In this document: piece by piece, positions 57,545 through 64,000 of the stretch
How positions within the stretch are numbered: position 1 is the first letter of the stretch
Layout: each line of letters starts with the position of its first letter
Source: Obrimoposthia wandeli
Taxonomy: Eukaryota
DNA length: 64,000 nt
Reading direction: 5' to 3'
NCBI GenBank assembly: GCA_977020255.1
Contig: CDROCS010000678.1
Location: 186,001 to 250,000, forward strand
Program-made: the position numbers and the translations under genes
The notes under the pieces: model-generated
Databases searched by the model: none
Told to the model about the DNA's origin: nothing
The model's input: only the letters and a program-made list of their open reading frames with translations

Positions 57545-58604
57545 ACAGTTCACACATATTTCATATTATAACATCACATTAACATCATGCTAATAAATAT
57601 GTTAATATACTAATTCAATTATCTATCACATACGTATATAATATTACTGAAAACACATTAGTATTGCATATTAGTTTTTCAAAGATTATAACTAACTATA
57701 CATGTCACATTCCGTGAATTACAAATTTTAACGTAGACTTTCTACCTGACCGTAGCTTAAAATTGTTAAATTCATATTGCAACTATTTACAACTCACAAG
57801 CAAAATATGTTCTTTCTTTGTTCTAAGAATTTAATTTAAAAAACTACGTAAAAATAAAAGTAGATGAAATTGCTCAAAATAAGCATTATATGTAAATACA
57901 ATTCTAAAGTAAAATATTTTAGATTCGTGTGAACAAAACAGACGTACTATACTAGATAATGACCTTCAAACGACCATGACCTTGATGTGATCGAGATAAA
58001 TTTGACCTGCTTTTCATGGCCTTATGGTTTTTGGCTGACATCAGACCTACATATGGTTGACATTGTAATGCCCTTACATACATTTGGTTTATCTTACCTG
58101 GTTACCATTCTAAAAACTGACGAACTTAGGAAAAAGTCGACCTACACTTTTTAATTGTTTTTTGTAGTTCTCGCTAAGAGGACCCATAAGCTTTTTCTTT
58201 TGTTCAGAAGTCATCACATCCAACTACTTACCAAGATATTCTATAATTTCGGGATATGTGTAAAATTTCAGCATTGAGTTGTTAATGGTAATGATATGAA
58301 TATATACAGTGATTCAAAGTAACAGTAATTGAGTGTGTGTTCTCGGGTTAAATGTAACAAAATGGCGAAATCAATGCAGTAATGAGAGAAACATTAAGTG
58401 ACAATTGTTAATCTTTGGCATTGATATACTAATGAATCTTTTGGAATCTTATTTATTGACACTAGAGAGAAATTTATTTGCATTTATTTGACAAAGATAA
58501 TTTATTTTCTTAGAAAAAGGTAAATAAAATTTTTTTATCAAATAAGTTTCTATTAGTTTACGAGATCATGAATTTCAATTGGTATATGAAATATATATAT
58601 ATAT

Positions 58605-59040
58605 ATAACTGAGGAATACAAATTAATAAATTGTTTAGAGATTGAAGAAGACGTATTTGGCATTAAATCTTATATACAAAAAAGTTTGACAACAAATGAC
58701 ATTGGATCGATAATTGATATGGGAGAAATAAAAATATATCCTACTATTTATGCTATATTAAAGAAATTTCAGATAACATCTGAAGCTGTTGAACTATCAG
58801 TCTCTTTAATCAAGAATATACTATCAAGTAACCGAAAATTTTCAGAAGAAAATATATCAGCTTACATTATTATTCATTTCAGTCAAGATTTAGTGTAAAT
58901 AAACGTGAATTTGTTTTTGTGAATACATTTTTATAAAAATTATGTTTATAATTTTATAGAAAACCACCTAAATATCTGCATTAATAGACTATAAGATTTT
59001 TTAAATATAAGAAATAGTTCCAATTCAATGGGACAACCTG
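58605..59040 (+). mobile_element. 3' end of the hAT-like element (duplicate of 16436-16870)
   Basis: ORF 58686-58898 with a dimerisation-like motif. Ends AATGGGACAACCTG followed by a TA run. Confidence 0.6.
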
Positions 59041-60959
59041 TATATATATATATATATATATTTGAAAGCTTAAAATCATGGTATCATTTCTTTAGTTTTC
59101 AAGAAATTATCGTAATAAAAACTTTTAGAATTATGGTTAATAAAATAATATTAACAATAACATTCAAATAAATATATAAATCGACAAAATGGCATCGAAA
59201 TAGCATCCGACAAATAGAAGTTCGATAATTTAAAAAAAACTGCATAAAATATTGAGTAAGATATGCTAAAAGTACTCTGCTTATGTATGATTTGTAGGAA
59301 TACTAATCATCTCCAAAGATATGTAAAAACTTATTATTATTTTCAGCCCTCAGGGATAATTCCCACAAATTCACAATTTTTTTTATGATTTAACAAAGAT
59401 AATACTTCATTTTGAATGTGTAGTAATTGTTCGGCCTGTGTAGTAATCTTTGATTAAATGGGAGAAAAGTAATTTCAATCAACACAAACTTTTCTTGTGA
59501 CTTTTTTTCTTCACATCCATCACACTCATAAACCTCATCATGCCATTAACCTTTACTAATTCATGAGTTTCTTTAATGAAAGCTCTGATTGCCGTAAACT
59601 GGGTATTCATTTATTTGATCATTTCAGTGATTCAATTAAACTGTTATAATGTTTTTCAATTATTGTGGCTCTAAAAATAAACGGAATAATCTTAAATTTT
59701 AGGCTTCGTTTCAATTTTAATATATTTTAAAATTTACTTATTTCTGTGATATTTCAGTATTTAAGTCTATTAAAAGAAAATTGGGTAATCCCTTTTGTCT
59801 AAAAAATATTGGAATTTGTTGTCTTTCAGAACCCCAACAAAGATAAAAATGTTTATGAATTATTTTATTTTTTAATTATTTGTCAATTAATTTTAAAACA
59901 ATGTATCTTAAAAATAACTTTAGCTCTTTGCAACAACCTTATGTCATATGTAATATATATGTATGTATGTTACTCTCCATTTAGCAGTTTCTTTATTCGT
60001 TTTTGTGTCTTTATTCTATTAGCCAGAGTTTTTCAGATGTGAAACCCTTTTTAGTTTAGAAACGTTTTGGGAACCCAAAACTATAATACTTTGTATGCGA
60101 TCGTAATATAAACAAACTCGTATACCTTTATAAATAATAAATACATACGAGAAGTAATAATATTAAAACATATTTTTTAAAAGTTATTAAAAAAACTTTT
60201 GTTATTTATCATATTTGACTAAAGTATATATGAATCGGAGTTACCAATAATTTTCGCATAACAATTATTTTATCAGGTAATAGCAATGACTTCGTAACAT
60301 TTCATAAAAATAATGCATTTATTTCATCATCACTTAATTTTTTAATGTTTGGATTTATGGATAAATGTTGGACCCAAGATTCTCAAGCAGCACTATTTTC
60401 ATATATGTAAATTGTGGGCAATGGCATTAATATACATACCGTTTGTTTTGAATAAGCAGGAAAATAGGGAATCAAAGTGCTCCCAAAATTGATGAGTGAT
60501 TCATTTTGAACCTTTTCTTAAATGAGGAATCAATGAGGAGAAATTACAGTCATATTCCTTAACTCTTCTCTCATTATTTCTTGTTGTTGATTGATAATAT
60601 CTGATTCAATTGTTTCACCTAAATATGATATTTGCGATGAAAAAGTCTTTTGCATAAATCGTTTTCTTTTAACCAGCGATCCATGGTTGTTAAGGTTAAG
60701 TAATGCAAAAATGCAAACTTGCAATACGCAGAAATAAATGCTAAATGAAAGGAGCCAAACACTTTAATCGTAGAAATATGGACTGTTTACAAATTTGGTT
60801 GAAATCAAAATAAATATATACTTACATTCTATTAAACTCCAAGGATTTAAGCCTGATTGCAACCATATTTAGTCAAAAAATACATCAAAAATCTCCTTAA
60901 TTTATGAATTCAGAAAAAAAACTTAACTATTAAATATTTAAAATTTATATAATTTATCA

Positions 60960-61570
60960 TTTGAAAATTATGATAATTGTACAAATTACGCTATTGATAG
61001 GGAAAAGACTATAAAACTTGGCGATGGTTGAACTACAGTAATAACTGCATTCATATGCAAGTACCTTTCACTAAGTATATAAATTCATCAATAAGTTTTT
61101 GTCGTGAATCGTTAAATGCTGTACTTTTTGACGTTAATTGTATAAAACTGAATGACAAGTTTGAATTTATTGCTTTACAAAAAGACAAACTACGTTTAGA
61201 TGATATAAATACTGCAAAAATGTTAGACTGAGCTGGTTTGTAATTAGATCTTGTATATTATTCAACAACTTTAGTAATCCCCTAACTTTCTATCCAAAAT
61301 TATTAGATGTGAAATTCAAATTATTTCGATATTATATATTTAATAAAATTCTAGTTATTCATGTCGAAGAAATTGAATTTTTCAACACAAAACGTGAATT
61401 AGTAAAATATTTTAAAAATACATTCAAAGATATTACACTTAGCAAACAAAGCTTTTACAAGCATTTAAGTAGATTACGGAGCTTTACATATTGAATTTTA
61501 TTCAAAACTATTGGTCAATTTAGGTTTTGACAAATTTCATTTTCAATTTAATAGCATTTGTAATGCACGT
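60960..61570 (+). pseudogene. Probable Polinton penton, N-terminal/middle part, highly degenerate
   Basis: NCTNYAIDREKTIKLGDG*..VAMVEL and FYSKLLVNLGFD relics, directly upstream of a protease relic. Confidence 0.45.
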
Positions 61571-61599
61571 TTAACTTCAAAGTGGGAAAAGAAATCGCA

Positions 61600-62220
61600 T
61601 GATAATTAAGGGATATATACCTGCTGGACAAAATACCTGCTGTGTTGACACTGGAAGTGTATAAAATCAATACCAGTACATTACATCTTGGTGGATAATA
61701 TTGGATTGCACTATTTGAGTAGAGACACCAAGTGAACGTGTTCGATTCAATTTGAATTTATTACCCTAGTGCAGGGGTTCCCAAATAGGGTGCCATAAAC
61801 AAAATCATCGGTTCCACGAGCTGAACTTTAATAAAAAATTAATTTACAAAATTTTGCATTAACGTTACTCACCTTTACCTACAAGGGCATAGACCCACTA
61901 TAACTACTTAATAAATACTTCATTCATTTAACTTTAAATGTTTTATTCATTTTTCAATAAAAAAAGTTTTATTTTAATTATTCATTTTATGGTTTTAAGT
62001 ATTTTTAAATAGGTAGGGGTTCCTATATTTTTTGAATAATACCAAAGGGTTCCGTGGCCAAAAAAGTTTTGAACTCATGCCCTAGTGCATTTGTGTGATT
62101 TCTCGAAGCTTAAAAAATATATACAATATATCAAGATTTCTTCCCAACACCCATTGACAACTAATTGTGGTCATCTGTGTATTTTATGGCTTTATCGTCA
62201 AATCCTGTAATTCGACTTCT
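61600..62220 (+). pseudogene. Adenain-type protease relic interrupted by a MITE
   Basis: INTSTLHLGG*YWIALF...VNVFDSI..YYPSA, then the insertion, then QHPLTTNCGHLCILWL. Confidence 0.75.
61772..62079. mobile_element. hAT (Charlie-like) MITE, 308 bp
   Basis: Perfect 8-bp TSD CCCTAGTG (61764-61771 and 62080-62087). Left end CAGGGGTTCCCAAA, decayed right end TTTGAACTCATG. Confidence 0.8.
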
Positions 62221-62389
62221 GTATCTAATCAAATTCTACAATGTATGTCTTAAATATGTGTTTTAAATGTATAAGATAATATGTGGGTATATAGAACTGT
62301 ACAACGTAGGACTTTAGGACCGTGGGTGTGGAACAGGTCGAGTCGTCTTATTCGTCTCAAAACATAATATTGAGCATTTAAATAAAAAA

Positions 62390-62960
62390 CTATTCAGTGA
62401 TTTAACCGGCATAGATTAATTTATAAAATCATCAAAAAGAACACTTGCGATGGCTCCCCGATTCGGTTGCACTTATAACTAGGAGGTACTCTTGTGGTAA
62501 TCTGAATGATTTAAACTGTTTACCATATGATTACTTGATGGAAGTCGGCTTGACTATCCTGCTTAATATTTATGATAAACTTGACGATTTACCCCTTGCA
62601 CAATCAAATATGTGTTTTCCCGGCTCAAAAGTAACAAAATGATTACTTACACATGAATCTAAGTTAAATTATATAATATATTCAACCATATATCAGTTTT
62701 ATTTATTTCTCGGTGATGAATTAATTACTTTGCTCAGGGCTTTTGAGTTTAAGCACGCATCAATATTCAGAAATTACATTAATTTTAATTTTAAAAATCC
62801 AGTTGAAGGTACTTTTACTTTGACCAAAACTTTTATAAATTAAAAAGTAAGTCAATATACGTCAAAACTACAGAAAATCTCAAAAAGCGAATTGAATTAC
62901 GATTTGCAAAAAAATTAAAACATTTGTAAAGGCAATCAGTCTTAGATCTTAGCACCAGGA
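62390..62960 (+). pseudogene. Protein-primed PolB fragment (copy E), degenerate
   Basis: YLMEVGLTILLNIYDKLDDLPLAQSNMCFPGSKVTK*LLTHESKLNYII...FDQNFYKLKSKSIYVKTTENLKKR...QSVLDLS. Confidence 0.75.
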
Positions 62961-64000
62961 TCTTTGTCCGCTTGTCAATGTCCTACACAACAAATAGTTT
63001 ACAGCCGTTTTTATCCCACAGCTCCAGTTATCCCTATCAAAATTGCTTACTTTCAATTAAGAAAGCCACATGTCGTATACATTTAGAGTTTATGAATAAG
63101 TATAACTGTCTAGACAATTCTAGACATTCTAGACAACACCTGTAATCTACATCATCACTGAAAGGTGGCACTAACACATGTTAAACGGTACTTCATATGG
63201 TAGTATGTAGGGAACATGAGTGTTTGTTTGTAATCAACATATGTTAGCAGGTGTATAGTCGGTCACTCGGCACAACAGGGATCTAGAGGTAGCAGACTTG
63301 TATCGTCCAAGTAGGATCAAAGGCAGTAAAGTAAAAGAAAAGAAAGTTGGCCAATGGTGCTAGTTAGTAGGGGGAGTTTCATTGGTGCTGAACTGCACAC
63401 CGTATTCACTATACGTTTTATTTTGTACTTTGTCGCTAAATTCGCGACAAAAATGAATTTTTGCATCATAAACCCAATTTTGCCAGCAATATTCCCAAAT
63501 AAAATGAAGGAAAATAAACGACACGAAAGGTTTTCAATGTTATTAAAAGAAATTAATTATGTTTGTCAGATATTGAGATGTTATGGGTACAGTTATTATA
63601 ACTTCAACGACTTCCATACCGCTTGCGATTTTGTGTCTTATTCTGACATGATGTTAAATATCGTACCGAGTATTGTTCAATAGCAGTTGTACTGGTAAAA
63701 CAAATAATTATAAGTTCTGGGCATGTAACGTCGTCCACTTATTCATAAACTCTAAATGTATACGACATGTGGCTTTCTTAATTGAAAGTAAGCAATTTTG
63801 ATAGGGATAACTGGTGTTGTGGGATAAAAACGGCTGTAAACTATTTGTTGTGTAGGACATTGACAAGCGGACAAAGATCCTGGTGCTAAGATCTAAGACT
63901 GATTGCCTTTACAAATGTTGTAATTTTTTTGCAAATCGTAATTCAATTCGCTTTTTGAGATTTTCTGTAGTTTTGACGCATATTGACTTACTTTTTAATT
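62838..64000. repeat. Fold-back: inverted arms 62838-63101 and 63737-64000 around a 635-bp spacer
   Basis: Near-perfect reverse-complement match of 264 bp, running to the window edge. Confidence 0.9.

Noticed and set aside
63354-63683. 109-aa ORF MVLVSRGSF... (also 14521-14757)
   Set aside because: Lies in a recently duplicated repeat, one copy has an early stop, and no motif is recognised.

Overview
AT-rich eukaryotic DNA, most likely from an invertebrate animal: short GT-AG introns of about 40-130 nt, two assembly gaps (30745-31355 and 34820-34986), and no rRNA, tRNA or CRISPR signal that I can see. The window is a rearranged mosaic of mobile elements. Most of it consists of degenerate pieces of several diverged Polinton/Maverick (adintovirus-type) copies: six protein-primed PolB segments, two major capsids, two pentons, three adenain proteases, a packaging-ATPase start, a core protein, five terminal motifs and subterminal tandem arrays. 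Their accessory genes are spliced. These include a Zn-finger/acidic-repeat gene that overlaps the ATG-less PolB frame at a conserved A_AAA_AAC slippery site, a family built from repeated phase-0 exons, and a spliced TBP-like gene next to the ATPase. A chuvirus/gB-type (class III) glycoprotein, a retropepsin and a BIR domain form one cassette about 1 kb inside a Polinton terminus. A BEL/Pao LTR element (3751-10689) lacks its RT core but carries a ubiquitin-like domain and an extra 5' ORF with a DEAD-box-like segment. Also present are gypsy, CR1-like, hAT and pogo fragments, two hAT MITEs with 8-bp TSDs, and five members of a secreted C-type lectin + PAN-like family, one apparently intact. All family calls come from motif recognition by eye, not from database searches.
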